64,000 nt of DNA from Oligoflexia bacterium (GTDB lineage Bacteria; Bdellovibrionota; Bdellovibrionia; JABDDW01), in contig JAYTHU010000170.1 in NCBI GenBank assembly GCA_043732305.1, forward strand, positions 6,374 through 70,373, in the 5' to 3' direction. The translations under genes and the position numbers were made by a program. The notes beneath the pieces were generated by a model. The model searched no databases, had not been told where the DNA came from, and saw only the letters and a list, made by a program, of their open reading frames with translations. Position 1 is the first letter of the stretch. Each line of letters opens with the position of its first letter. Shown one piece after another: positions 19,373 through 29,468 of the stretch.

Positions 19373-20921
19373 AATTATTTTTCATCCCGAAGATGGTTTG
19401 CAACCTGCAGATTTTGCCGAAAAACTCGGTAATCCAGGCGAGTATCCTTACACTCGCGGAATTCAAAAAGACATGTATCGCGGTCGCCATTGGACTATGC
19501 GCCAGTATGCGGGGTTCGGCGATGCTTTCGAAAGTAACAAACGTTACAAAATGCTTTTGGAAAAAGGTCAAACGGGACTTAGTGTCGCTTTTGATCTGCC
19601 CACACAAATGGGTTATGACTCCGATGATCTCATGTCACGTGGCGAAGTTGGAAAAGTGGGAGTAGCAATTTCGTCTCTTGAAGACATGGAAACTTTGTTT
19701 CGCGGAATTCCCTTAGATAAAGTTTCAACCAGCATGACCATCAATGCGACGGCGGGAATTCTCCTGGCACTTTATATCTGCGTGGCTAAGAAACAAAAAG
19801 TTTCGCTCAAAGATATTAAAGGGACCATTCAGAATGATATTTTAAAAGAGTACATCGCTCGCGGCACTTATATTTACCCAGCGAAACAAAGCATGCGTCT
19901 CATAACCGATATTTTTTCGTTCTGCAAAGACAATGTCCCTCAATGGAACACAGTCAGCATCAGCGGTTACCATATCAGAGAGGCTGGTGCGACGGCGATT
20001 CAAGAAGTGGCATTCACTCTTGCGGATGGAATCACCTACGTTCAAGCGGCGATTGATTCAGGTCTAGATGTCGATGATTTTGCTTCGCGCCTAAGTTTCT
20101 TTTTCAACGTTCATAATAATTTTTTTGAGGAGATCGCAAAATTTAGAGCAGCTCGTAGAATCTGGGCAAAAATCATGCGCGAAAGATTCAAAGCAAAGAA
20201 TCCCAAAAGCTGGCTACTTCGATTTCACACCCAAACTGCTGGAGTAACTCTCACGGCGCAACAGCCAGAAAACAATGTGGTTCGAGTTTCCCTTCAAGCC
20301 CTCGCGGCTGTGTTGGGCGGAACACAAAGTCTGCATACTAATTCTAAAGATGAAGCGCTTGGACTCCCTACTGCTGAAGCGGCAACTTTAGCTTTGAGAA
20401 CCCAACAAATTATTGCCAACGAAACCGGTGCTCCCGATGTAGTCGATCCCCTCGGTGGAAGTTATTATATTGAAAATCTCACAGATCAAATCGAAAAAGC
20501 GGCTCTCGATTACATCGAACGCATTGAAAAAATGGGTGGTGTGATTAGGGCAATTGAAACTGGATTTATTCAAAAAGAAATTCAAAACTCGAGCTACGAT
20601 TTTCAGAAAAAAGTAGATGCCAAAGAAGAAATAATTGTGGGTGTGAATTCCTATATTGAAAAGGCCACCTTCAAAACACCGATTTTAAAAGTTCCTCCCG
20701 GCTTAGAGAAAACGCAAGTGGCCAGACTTAAAAAATACAAAACCAAGCGAAATAAAAAACTTGTTGAGAAATCTCTCACCGAAATCAAGATCGCAGCGAA
20801 AGGCACACAAAATCTTGTCCCTCTCTTTGTAACCGCTTTAGAAAATAAAGTTACTTTAGGTGAAATTAGCCACGCCCTCAGAGATATTTTTGGTCTTTAT
20901 AAAGAAAATATTGTGATCTAA
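19311..20921 (+). CDS. Methylmalonyl-CoA mutase family, substrate-binding (N-terminal TIM-barrel) domain only
   Basis: [26 protein letters not shown]...[32 protein letters not shown] is the MCM catalytic domain. There is no B12-binding domain. The ORF-track start overlaps the BCCP by 62 nt. The true start is possibly downstream (in-frame TTG near 19398). Confidence 0.8.
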   Translation: MSKKEPPSNQEQCLSPSKPTKIIFHPEDGLQPADFAEKLGNPGEYPYTRGIQKDMYRGRHWTMRQYAGFGDAFESNKRYKMLLEKGQTGLSVAFDLPTQMGYDSDDLMSRGEVGKVGVAISSLEDMETLFRGIPLDKVSTSMTINATAGILLALYICVAKKQKVSLKDIKGTIQNDILKEYIARGTYIYPAKQSMRLITDIFSFCKDNVPQWNTVSISGYHIREAGATAIQEVAFTLADGITYVQAAIDSGLDVDDFASRLSFFFNVHNNFFEEIAKFRAARRIWAKIMRERFKAKNPKSWLLRFHTQTAGVTLTAQQPENNVVRVSLQALAAVLGGTQSLHTNSKDEALGLPTAEAATLALRTQQIIANETGAPDVVDPLGGSYYIENLTDQIEKAALDYIERIEKMGGVIRAIETGFIQKEIQNSSYDFQKKVDAKEEIIVGVNSYIEKATFKTPILKVPPGLEKTQVARLKKYKTKRNKKLVEKSLTEIKIAAKGTQNLVPLFVTALENKVTLGEISHALRDIFGLYKENIVI

Positions 20922-21094
20922 AAACCTCTGTGGCGCTGCCTATAAAGCTTTAAAAGTCCTATTTTTTTGACCAGTCTTTAGACATATGCAAATTCGTTAG
21001 TCAATTCATCCTCTTCATGACGGTCTTACCCTCAACAACCTAAGCACGAAACTTGCTCCTTCATAGAAGTGTAAACTTATTCCGGGGGGAATTC

Positions 21095-21958
21095 ATGAAC
21101 AAGGGTAAAGTCGTAATTCTGGTATTTTTTACTTTCTTCGTTGTGGTGAATTATCAAAACTGCTCAACACCATCAAACATTGTAAAAAACGCAGCTACAG
21201 CAACAGCATCGCCAACCGTACCCATTGTCCCGTTGCCGATTCCTACACCCGGGCCTATTCCGACCTGCCAACCTAATTACGTTTATGACGGTGAAAGTTG
21301 CGTTCCTCAAACGGTCGCCTGCCAAAGTTACCAAGAATTAATACTTTCTAACTCCCCACTTGTCATTCCTGCACGCGATAAAAATCAAGTTTGTTACTTT
21401 GTGCATGTCATAAATCAAGTTGTGAGTGCAAGTGGAGGATCTATCGCTTCCAGCAACTGGCTAAGTGCAAGACAAGACATCGTGGCTCGCAGCCATGATC
21501 TCAATCATGCTAACGCAGCTCCGAAAGTAATTGATTCCGTGTTTGATGGGTCCGCAATTGCCGTGGGCGCAGTAGGCGAATTGAAATTCACATTGCAAGG
21601 TCAACGTAACGTTATGATGGGCGGAAATTCAGCCGGTAATATCCCGATGTCTGTTGATAACTTTTTATTTTTAGAAATCAATTCAGCAACAAAAGGCAAA
21701 GAATATGTTGCAGAAGGATCTTCTGACTCTGTTCCTTTTGCAAATCCCAATAATTCCTCCGACAGTTCAACCGGCCCCATAACTATAAACGGGCAGGCCG
21801 TACCATTCGTTTCTTTTGGTACGAGTGGAACCGTGCAAGTTGCACCTGTGGATATTTCAAACTATCTGCCAATCAACGATCAAATTGATTTCAAAGTAAC
21901 CGGTTTGGATTGTGGAAATGTCGGAGATATTTCAGATGTCTTCATTATGTTTCAATAA
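21095..21958 (+). CDS. Hypothetical secreted protein (Cys-containing N-terminal region)
   Basis: MNKGKVVILVFFTFFVVVNYQNC signal-like N-terminus. Pro-rich linker PTVPIVPLPIPTPGPIPTCQP. No family recognised. Confidence 0.45.
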   Translation: MNKGKVVILVFFTFFVVVNYQNCSTPSNIVKNAATATASPTVPIVPLPIPTPGPIPTCQPNYVYDGESCVPQTVACQSYQELILSNSPLVIPARDKNQVCYFVHVINQVVSASGGSIASSNWLSARQDIVARSHDLNHANAAPKVIDSVFDGSAIAVGAVGELKFTLQGQRNVMMGGNSAGNIPMSVDNFLFLEINSATKGKEYVAEGSSDSVPFANPNNSSDSSTGPITINGQAVPFVSFGTSGTVQVAPVDISNYLPINDQIDFKVTGLDCGNVGDISDVFIMFQ

Positions 21959-21969
21959 AGAAGGAAAGT

Positions 21970-22713
21970 TTAAACGGTTGCTTTAGGTGCAAAAAATTTA
22001 ACGAGCAAAATACTCATCTCGTAAAGCAATAACAAAGGAACAAGAAGCGCGATCATACTCACGGCATCTGGAGGAGTAATAATTGCGGCACCAACAGCCA
22101 TAAGAAGAATCGCCCATCTGCGATTTTTCTTTAGAAACAAGTGATCAATGACACCCATGGCTCCAAGAGCAGTGAGAACCACGGGAAGTTCAAACATCAC
22201 GCCGAAGCCAATAAAAAATTTCAGGATGAAATCAAGATACTCGCTGATGGTGATGAGTGGTTTATCTACGTCACCTCCAAAGCCAATGAGAAATTTAAAT
22301 GCAAAGGGCAAGACAACAAAATAAGCAAAGCTTGCCCCAGCTAAAAATAAAAACACTGCCGAAGCTAGAAATCCCGCAGCAAATTTTTTCTCTCGAGAAT
22401 ACAGACCTGGCGCAATAAATTTCCAAACTTGGTACAGCCACAATGGCGACGTCAGAAATACGCCACCCAGAAAACTCACTTTCACGTGAGCCATAAATTT
22501 TTCAAAAACACCAATATAGTGAAGTCCCTTTTCCCCATCGGGTAAAAAAGGTAAAATCGGAGCGCGAAGAACATTGAAAAGTTTGTCACTGAATCCGTAA
22601 CAAAGTCCAAATCCCGCCAGCAAAATGACTAGCACCCTGATCAATCGGTGACGAAGTTCTGCTAGATGATCCGTCAGCGGCGCAGTTTTATGCTCTTCAG
22701 TTGATTCGCTCAC
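21970..22713 (-). CDS. tatC: Twin-arginine translocase subunit TatC
   Basis: LTDHLAELRHRLIRVLVILLAGFGLCY...six-TM profile typical of TatC. Confidence 0.85.
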   Translation of the reverse strand: MSESTEEHKTAPLTDHLAELRHRLIRVLVILLAGFGLCYGFSDKLFNVLRAPILPFLPDGEKGLHYIGVFEKFMAHVKVSFLGGVFLTSPLWLYQVWKFIAPGLYSREKKFAAGFLASAVFLFLAGASFAYFVVLPFAFKFLIGFGGDVDKPLITISEYLDFILKFFIGFGVMFELPVVLTALGAMGVIDHLFLKKNRRWAILLMAVGAAIITPPDAVSMIALLVPLLLLYEMSILLVKFFAPKATV

Positions 22714-23048
22714 TTGCCTAATTCCCGCATGACTTCATCTATTGATTTTGACGCTTTAGATAATTTATTTTCAGAAGAATTTTCTGTGATCACATCGACA
22801 ATTTTACTGACGGAACGAGATTTGGAATCAGACACCAAACTTCCCGCAATTGTGTGGGTCATTGATTTTTTAAAAATGTCTGCATGCATTTCCGTCTTCA
22901 CCACATTTGTCACGTCGTGAAAAGCTTTTCTAAATTCGCTGTAGGTTCGCCCGAGAACTTTTGCAACCTGAGGCAATTGCTTGGGCCCAAGCACAAGCAG
23001 ACCAATTGCGGACAAAACCATGATTTCGCCAAAACTGAGATTAAACAT
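22710..23048 (-). CDS. tatA: Twin-arginine translocase TatA/TatB-family protein (112 aa)
   Basis: MFNLSFGEIMVLSAIGLLVLGPKQLPQVAKVLGRTYSEFRK is the canonical TatA/B N-terminal TM plus amphipathic helix. 4-nt overlap with tatC. Confidence 0.75.
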   Translation of the reverse strand: MFNLSFGEIMVLSAIGLLVLGPKQLPQVAKVLGRTYSEFRKAFHDVTNVVKTEMHADIFKKSMTHTIAGSLVSDSKSRSVSKIVDVITENSSENKLSKASKSIDEVMRELGK

Positions 23049-23674
23049 CAGCTCTTATTTATCTTGTCTTTGATTCCTAATGCAAGCGGAGGCGCGGGAA
23101 GTCCCTTATCCATAAGATGTTTTTTTGCCGCCTCGCTACCTGTCTTGAGATAGGTCTCATAGACTTGGAGGAGGCTTTGATCGTTTTGACCTAAAAACTC
23201 ATGACTGACCTCGCTCAAAACTTCAACGAAGTCTGAAAACTTTGAATAAAGCTCATGATAGAGATCGTGAAAGGATTCCTCACGAATGCTATCCGCAAGG
23301 TTGCGGTAAGCAAGTGCTCCCATATCCCGATAATATTCAAGATCTACTACTTTACGGCTTAGTGAATTAGTGAAAAATCCGCTGATATATAGTGAGCTAT
23401 CACCAAGTTTTTTAAGCAGTCTGATTTTCTCAGTCCCTGAAACTCCTGGAGCCTGAGCGTTAAGAAGTTGAATCGCAAGAGGTTCAGTCTGAAGATGATG
23501 CTGGGCATCTTCTTTATCGAAGAGATTTGCGGTCACAATATAGCGATCCAAAAGATCCACCACGTAAAACTCCGCAACTTCAGTTGTGGTAAATTTTTTG
23601 CGTGAAATCACATCGCTCACGCGATCCTTGAAAAACTCTGAAGACTTTTGGACTAGATCTATCTTCTTGATCAT
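23048..23674 (-). CDS. Hypothetical protein (208 aa), co-oriented with and abutting tatA/B
   Basis: Clear ORF, with Tyr/His-rich segments (FHDLYHELYSKF). No signal peptide. Its stop overlaps the tatA start by 1 nt. No family recognised. Confidence 0.5.
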   Translation of the reverse strand: MIKKIDLVQKSSEFFKDRVSDVISRKKFTTTEVAEFYVVDLLDRYIVTANLFDKEDAQHHLQTEPLAIQLLNAQAPGVSGTEKIRLLKKLGDSSLYISGFFTNSLSRKVVDLEYYRDMGALAYRNLADSIREESFHDLYHELYSKFSDFVEVLSEVSHEFLGQNDQSLLQVYETYLKTGSEAAKKHLMDKGLPAPPLALGIKDKINKS

Positions 23675-23871
23675 AGGGTCTAAGTTTCCTTGCTTTCATT
23701 ATCTCAAATCGGCTGTCTTGTGTCAAAACACGAGAGAAGAACTAGCCTAGAGTCCGTAGATTGGCCAAACTTTCAATATTTAAAGCGTGGGTTCATGCCG
23801 CCCGCCTAATCGACCATAATAGCCGATACGATATCGAGCAAGGCGGGATCGGCAAGATCACCCACGGAGTT

Positions 23872-26508
23872 TTAGTTCTTTGAACCTTCTGCCCATGGAT
23901 CTCGTGCTCCAAATGCTACCGAAATGTTTTTTTGCGTGAACAATTCTTTTGCTAGTTTGTGCACTTGCTCTGGAGTGATTTTTGTTAAGAAATCAGCGTA
24001 ATGAAAAGCTTCGTTGCTATCAATTCCGTAAATCTCATCAAATAAAATCGAGTTAGCTTGTGCGCTATTTCTCTGCAAGCCAATGTGATTTTGGCCAATC
24101 AAATATCTTTTTGCTCGCTCAATTTCTTCCAAGGCAGGTTGAATAGTAGCGATCTTATGGAATTCTTCGTTCAACATGCGCACAGCTTTTGCGCCTTTTT
24201 CTGGAGAACAACCAATGTATGCGCCAAAATATCCAGTCTCCACACCATTCAAATGAATAGGAGCCACGGTGTAAGCGAGTGACGCTTTGTCTCTTAGTTC
24301 CATAAACAATCGGCCACCTTGACCAGCAAGGATCGCTTGAATAATATCGAGAGTAAATCGTCTTTCATCACTCAATGAAATTCCGCGATAACCTAAAATA
24401 ATGTGAGTCTGTTCTTTCTTCAGAGGAGAAAAAATTTCTCGAGATTCAGCAAGTTCAGGTACGGCGAATTTCTTGTCTAATCGTGGACCTTTATTCATTC
24501 CATTTGAGATTTTATCTATGAAAGCGATCATTTCTTTTTCATCAAAGTCGCCCGTCGCCACAAATACAGCATTCTTGGAATTCTTGGTAAATTCAAAGAA
24601 GTTTTTAACTTCTTGATCACGAGCTTGAGTCAAGAACCTCTCTGTGCCTAAAGCATCGCGCGAATAAGGATGACCTTTGAACATGTTCTCCATGAATTTC
24701 TGCGAAGCTAGGCTCGAGGGATTATCCACTCTGCTTTTCAAATGATGCTGCTGAAGTTTTGCTTCACGCTCAACAATGCTTTGTGGAAATGTGGGTTTTA
24801 AAACCACATCGGCATATACATCTTTGATCTGACCAAAATAGCTTTTGATGCACTCAAGAGAAAGGCCAATACTATTTCTTCCACCAAAACTTGAGAGGGA
24901 AGCTGCGGCACTTTCAACTTTGGTAGCAATCTGCTCTTCCGTAAAGTTTTCGGTTCCACCCGTCCAAGTGTTGGAAAGAAGAGTTGTGATCCCACCGTTC
25001 GTGTCTGATTCGAATCTGCCGCCACCAAGAAATGCAAGTTTTAAACTCATCACCGGAATTTCGGGATTTCGCTTCATGATCAATCGTGCGCCATTGGAAA
25101 AAGTGTGTTTCACAATTTCCGACTCGCTTGATTTAAGTTTTAACGGGACTTTTATTTCCGGAGATTTGGTAATTTTAACAGTTTTAATTCTAAGCTTTTT
25201 CTTTAAGTTTGCTTTTAGATTTTTTTCTAAAGTCTTGGCTGTCTCAAAAAACTCTTTTTGCGTGAACTTAGGCTCGTCTGCCTTATTTAGAAGCAATGTC
25301 ACATTTAAGTTATGTGGAGCGAGATATTTTCTCGCCACTCGCAATAAATCTGAAGAAGTGAGTTTAGAGACCTGCTTTAGATATTTTTCCAAATGCTCTG
25401 GATCTCCCAGCATTGTTTGGAAAGATCCCACTTTGCGTGCAAGTCCGTCGACAGTTTCTAACCCATAGACTTCATCAGACTGCGTGTTTAATTTCGCGCG
25501 TTCCAATTCGTCTTTCTCAACAGGCTTTGTAATTATTTGCTCGAGCTCCTCTTGGACGATCGCAAAAACTTCTTTGATATTACCGATTTCCATATTCAGG
25601 AATACCGCAAAGAGCCCTTGATCTAGAGGATGATAGCCGCCAGCGCCAACTGAAACAACGAGTGGCTTTTGCAAACGCAGACGTTGCACTAAGCGCGAAC
25701 TATCCCCTTGTCCTAAAACCATTCCAAGCATGTCGAGAGCAGCAATATCTTTGCTCGCCATACCGGGAGCTTTGAAAGCGATATTTAAATGCGCGTCTTT
25801 AAAATCCGTTTGTTTGTAATTATAAACCAGCTGTTTTTGTTTGGGATCTTTAGCGCGTTTAATTTTCTTGAGGCGATTCTTTTTGAAAGGTTCAAAGTAT
25901 TTTGTGACGAGTTTTTTCAACTCGGGCTTTTCAAAATCGCCAGTGATGACCAAAGTCATATTCGATGGAACGTAGCGTGCGAAATAATAATCCATGAGCC
26001 GTTTGCGAGTCACTTCACGAATATTTTTTTCATAACCAATGATGGGAATTCCATAAGGGTGTTTTTTAAAAATAGTGGAAAAGAGCTGCTGGCTTGCAAC
26101 TTGGTTAGGATTATCGAAGGATCGTTTGATCTCTTCAATGACCACTTCGCGTTCGCGATTGATCTCTTCGTCGTCAAATTTCGGAAATCCCATCATTTGG
26201 GATAAAACGTCCATTCCCAGTTCGAGATCTTTCTTAGACATAGTCACGTGAAAAACAGTGTGATCGAATGTAGTGTAAGCGTTAAGCTCCCCACCTGACC
26301 CTTCTATCTCACGAGCGATCTGACCGACACCAAACTTCTCGGTGCCTTTAAAAACCAAATGTTCGATAAAATGGCTGATACCTTCTTGTTTTTTCTTTTC
26401 ATCGGCACTACCGGTCTTCACCCACACCTGAACAGCCACCACAGGGGCTTTGTGAGACTCGACCAATAATACTTTCATTTTATTTTTTAATTGATATTGC
26501 GTGAGCAT
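23872..26508 (-). CDS. M16-family zinc metallopeptidase (insulinase/pitrilysin-like, double M16 unit, 878 aa)
   Basis: Inverted zinc motif HFIEHLVFKG (HxxEH) plus downstream E. A second M16-like half is present. The start may be the internal MKVLLVE. Confidence 0.8.
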   Translation of the reverse strand: MLTQYQLKNKMKVLLVESHKAPVVAVQVWVKTGSADEKKKQEGISHFIEHLVFKGTEKFGVGQIAREIEGSGGELNAYTTFDHTVFHVTMSKKDLELGMDVLSQMMGFPKFDDEEINREREVVIEEIKRSFDNPNQVASQQLFSTIFKKHPYGIPIIGYEKNIREVTRKRLMDYYFARYVPSNMTLVITGDFEKPELKKLVTKYFEPFKKNRLKKIKRAKDPKQKQLVYNYKQTDFKDAHLNIAFKAPGMASKDIAALDMLGMVLGQGDSSRLVQRLRLQKPLVVSVGAGGYHPLDQGLFAVFLNMEIGNIKEVFAIVQEELEQIITKPVEKDELERAKLNTQSDEVYGLETVDGLARKVGSFQTMLGDPEHLEKYLKQVSKLTSSDLLRVARKYLAPHNLNVTLLLNKADEPKFTQKEFFETAKTLEKNLKANLKKKLRIKTVKITKSPEIKVPLKLKSSESEIVKHTFSNGARLIMKRNPEIPVMSLKLAFLGGGRFESDTNGGITTLLSNTWTGGTENFTEEQIATKVESAAASLSSFGGRNSIGLSLECIKSYFGQIKDVYADVVLKPTFPQSIVEREAKLQQHHLKSRVDNPSSLASQKFMENMFKGHPYSRDALGTERFLTQARDQEVKNFFEFTKNSKNAVFVATGDFDEKEMIAFIDKISNGMNKGPRLDKKFAVPELAESREIFSPLKKEQTHIILGYRGISLSDERRFTLDIIQAILAGQGGRLFMELRDKASLAYTVAPIHLNGVETGYFGAYIGCSPEKGAKAVRMLNEEFHKIATIQPALEEIERAKRYLIGQNHIGLQRNSAQANSILFDEIYGIDSNEAFHYADFLTKITPEQVHKLAKELFTQKNISVAFGARDPWAEGSKN

Positions 26509-26532
26509 GTCTTAAACCTTACCTTCACCATC

Positions 26533-27720
26533 ATGAGTTTTGGAATATACGTTCACATTCCCTATTGTCTCCAAAGGTGCGTCTACTGCGATTTTGCAAC
26601 CTACGAGTTCTCTCAAATCCTCAAACCCGAAGACTATGTTTCGAGGGTGGAGAAGGAAGTGCGGACTAGATCAAAATACATCGGACCAAGAAAACTTGAT
26701 ACACTTTATTTTGGTGGAGGCACTCCGTCACTCTTGAGTCCACCACTTCTGGGCCGCATCATTTCTGTTTTGCATGAAGAAGGATTCACACTTTCACGCG
26801 AAGCTCTTCCAACCGACACAGAAGTCACTCTCGAAATAAATCCTGCGACGACCAACGAAGATAATTTATTGCAGTTGCGTGAAATGGGATTCAATCGATT
26901 TTCCGTTGGCGCCCAGACGTTTGACGAGGAAATTCTAAAAATCGCGCATCGAAAACATTCTGCCAAAGATACGCTCATGACACTGGAACTACTCAAAAAA
27001 CATAACTTAAATTTCTCTGTTGATCTGCTCTTTGCGCTACCAAAACAAGACATGACTGGCTTGAAAAAAGATTTGGAAATTATCAATAGTTTTGAACCAC
27101 CCCACGTGAGCCCCTATTGCCTCACAGTTCCAGAATCAAATCCCATGGCTAAAGGCAGACCGCTCGATGAAATTCAAGTGGAGATGTTCACACTTATAAA
27201 AAATGAACTTGAAAAACATGGGCACTCTCGTTATGAAATCAGTAATTTTTCAAAGCCGGGAGCTGAGAGCAAACACAATATGCTCTATTGGAATGATGAC
27301 GAATATTGGGGAATAGGCCTCTCGAGTCACAGTTACATGCATTGGAATGAATGGGGCACAAGATTCTGGAATCCGCGTGGCATCGATCAATACGTGAAGA
27401 ACACGGATGAGGATCTGGTCTCTTGGAAAAAAGACGATCTCCATGAGAATTTAGCGCAGAATCAAGCACTCACAGATTACAGCCACACTTCGCTGAGGAA
27501 AAAAGAAGGCATCAGTTATGAGAAGTTCCTGACAAAGTTTGGTTTAAGCTTTCCCACTTTTGCAGAAAAAAGCATCAAAAAGATGGTTGGTAGAGGTTGG
27601 GCAAAAGAGGATGAAAACCATCTCAGACTCACAGATGAAGGAATTCTCCTCTCCAACCAGGTTTTTGAGGAATTTACCTACCTTAAAGACCCCAGCGCAG
27701 TTGACAAAAAGGCCAAGTAA
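26533..27720 (+). CDS. hemW: Radical SAM heme chaperone HemW (HemN-like, oxygen-independent coproporphyrinogen oxidase family)
   Basis: GIYVHIPYCLQRCVYCDFAT (CxxxCxxC radical SAM) and LYFGGGTPSLL. Lies upstream of grpE, as in the conserved hemW-(hrcA)-grpE-(dnaK)-dnaJ arrangement. Confidence 0.8.
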   Translation: MSFGIYVHIPYCLQRCVYCDFATYEFSQILKPEDYVSRVEKEVRTRSKYIGPRKLDTLYFGGGTPSLLSPPLLGRIISVLHEEGFTLSREALPTDTEVTLEINPATTNEDNLLQLREMGFNRFSVGAQTFDEEILKIAHRKHSAKDTLMTLELLKKHNLNFSVDLLFALPKQDMTGLKKDLEIINSFEPPHVSPYCLTVPESNPMAKGRPLDEIQVEMFTLIKNELEKHGHSRYEISNFSKPGAESKHNMLYWNDDEYWGIGLSSHSYMHWNEWGTRFWNPRGIDQYVKNTDEDLVSWKKDDLHENLAQNQALTDYSHTSLRKKEGISYEKFLTKFGLSFPTFAEKSIKKMVGRGWAKEDENHLRLTDEGILLSNQVFEEFTYLKDPSAVDKKAK

Positions 27721-27744
27721 AACCATATTCGGGAATGAGGTGTT

Positions 27745-28329
27745 ATGTCTGAAAATACAAAAAAAAATGATCCAAATACCGACAATGTATTCAACTTGCC
27801 CGACGAAGTAGCTACTGAAGCTACGGTTGGCGGCGATGAAGCTGGCGACTCTTCGATGAACGCTTCGTCTGATTCAATTGCAAAACTCCAAGCGGAAAAC
27901 ACTGAGTTGCGAAAGCAATATCTCTATCTGCGTGCTGATTTTGATAACTATAGAAAACAAATGCTCAAGGAACGTTCTGATCTGGTGAAGTTTGGATCCG
28001 AACCCATTTTGCGAGAATTTCTAAATATCTTGGATGATCTCGAGCGAGCCGCAAATTCTGAATTGAAACCTGAAACAATGGAATCTTTCAAAAATGGTGT
28101 CACTTTAATCGTGAATCAGTTCAAGAAAGTTTTTGATCGATTCGGAGTGGAAGAAGTTGAGAGTCATGGAAAAGTTTTTGACCCTCAGATTCATGAAGCC
28201 CTTGGCTCATTGGACAGTCCCGAATTTCCCCCAAATTCCGTAACCCAAGTTTATAAAAAAGCTTACAAGCTACACGGTAAAGTCATCCGACCCGCACAAG
28301 TCATGGTCAACTCCTCAAAAGGCGAATAA
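27745..28329 (+). CDS. grpE: Nucleotide exchange factor GrpE
   Basis: [41 protein letters not shown]...HEALG...[18 protein letters not shown]. Confidence 0.85.
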   Translation: MSENTKKNDPNTDNVFNLPDEVATEATVGGDEAGDSSMNASSDSIAKLQAENTELRKQYLYLRADFDNYRKQMLKERSDLVKFGSEPILREFLNILDDLERAANSELKPETMESFKNGVTLIVNQFKKVFDRFGVEEVESHGKVFDPQIHEALGSLDSPEFPPNSVTQVYKKAYKLHGKVIRPAQVMVNSSKGE

Positions 28330-28334
28330 GTAAA

Positions 28335-29468
28335 ATGGCTAAAAGAGATTACTACGAAGTTTTGTCTGTTGTGAAAACAGCATCGGGCGATGAATTAAAA
28401 AAAGCGTATCGCAAACTCGCAATGCAATATCACCCGGATAAAAACCCCGGAGATAAAATTTCCGAAAATAAATTCAAAGAAGTCTCCGAAGCTTATGAAG
28501 TTTTAAGCGACGATAAAAAACGCCAAATGTATGATCAGTTTGGCCACGCGGGCTCAGGAATGGGCGGCGGTGGATTTGGCGGTCAAGGATTCGGTGGAGA
28601 CGCCGGCGGGTTCCAAGATCTTTTCAATGACGTTTTCGGCGATATTTTCGGCGGAGGCCAAAGAGGCGGAGGCGGTAGACGTGAACGCGGGAAACCTCGG
28701 GGAGCCGATCTAAGATACACTTTAAATGTAAGTTTCGAAGAAGCTGCAATCGGCAGCGAAAAACAAATCAATTTCATGCGCAACAAGAGTTGCAACACGT
28801 GCAAAGGATCAGGAAGCAAATCCGGGTCTGGGCGAACCACTTGCACCCAATGTCACGGCCAGGGTGAAGTGCGATTTCAGCAAGGCTTCTTTGCAGTCTC
28901 TAGACCTTGCACACATTGCGGAGGTTCAGGCCAAATCATAAAAGATCCCTGCAACACTTGTCACGGTGAAGGGGTTGTTCAATCCGCTTCAAAACTTTCG
29001 GTTAGCGTTCCTGCTGGAGTGAACACTGGCCAAAGACTTAAATTAAAAAATGAAGGTGACGCTGGACCCCAAGGAGGAACTCCAGGGGATTTGTATGTTG
29101 TGATTCAACTTTTGGAACATGCTTTATTTGAAAGACAAAATGACGATGTCGTTTGTGAACTTCCCATAAGTTTTACTGAAGCAGCGCTTGGAACCGAAAC
29201 CAGCGTGCATACTTTAAACGGAAGCGTATCTTTGAAAATTCCTGCTGGCACTGCGAGCGGAAAAGTCTTTAGAATAAAGGGCAAAGGTTTTCCACATCTC
29301 GGCGGTTTTGGCGCGGGTGATATCTTTGTCAAAGTAGTCGTCGATGTTCCCAATCATCTTTCAAGTGAGGGCAAAGAGCTCCTCAAGAAATTTGATCAAC
29401 TCGGGGAAGACACTCCTTTGAAAAAACAATATAAGGACAAGATTAAAAATCTCCCAAGGAATTCATGA
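28335..29468 (+). CDS. dnaJ: Molecular chaperone DnaJ
   Basis: J domain (DYYEVL...YHPDKNP), G/F-rich region, and four CxxCxGxG zinc-finger repeats. Confidence 0.9.
   Translation: MAKRDYYEVLSVVKTASGDELKKAYRKLAMQYHPDKNPGDKISENKFKEVSEAYEVLSDDKKRQMYDQFGHAGSGMGGGGFGGQGFGGDAGGFQDLFNDVFGDIFGGGQRGGGGRRERGKPRGADLRYTLNVSFEEAAIGSEKQINFMRNKSCNTCKGSGSKSGSGRTTCTQCHGQGEVRFQQGFFAVSRPCTHCGGSGQIIKDPCNTCHGEGVVQSASKLSVSVPAGVNTGQRLKLKNEGDAGPQGGTPGDLYVVIQLLEHALFERQNDDVVCELPISFTEAALGTETSVHTLNGSVSLKIPAGTASGKVFRIKGKGFPHLGGFGAGDIFVKVVVDVPNHLSSEGKELLKKFDQLGEDTPLKKQYKDKIKNLPRNS

Noticed and set aside
20922-21094. Possible terminator after the mutase gene (TAAAGCTTTA palindrome followed by a T-run at about 20950-20975)
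   Set aside because: The palindrome has no loop and only A/T pairs. It is too weak to call a terminator with confidence.
27721-27744. Looked for a CIRCE (TTAGCACTC-N9-GAGTGCTAA) element upstream of grpE and near hemW
   Set aside because: No inverted repeat of that type is present. The grpE spacer is only 24 nt, so grpE is probably co-transcribed with hemW.
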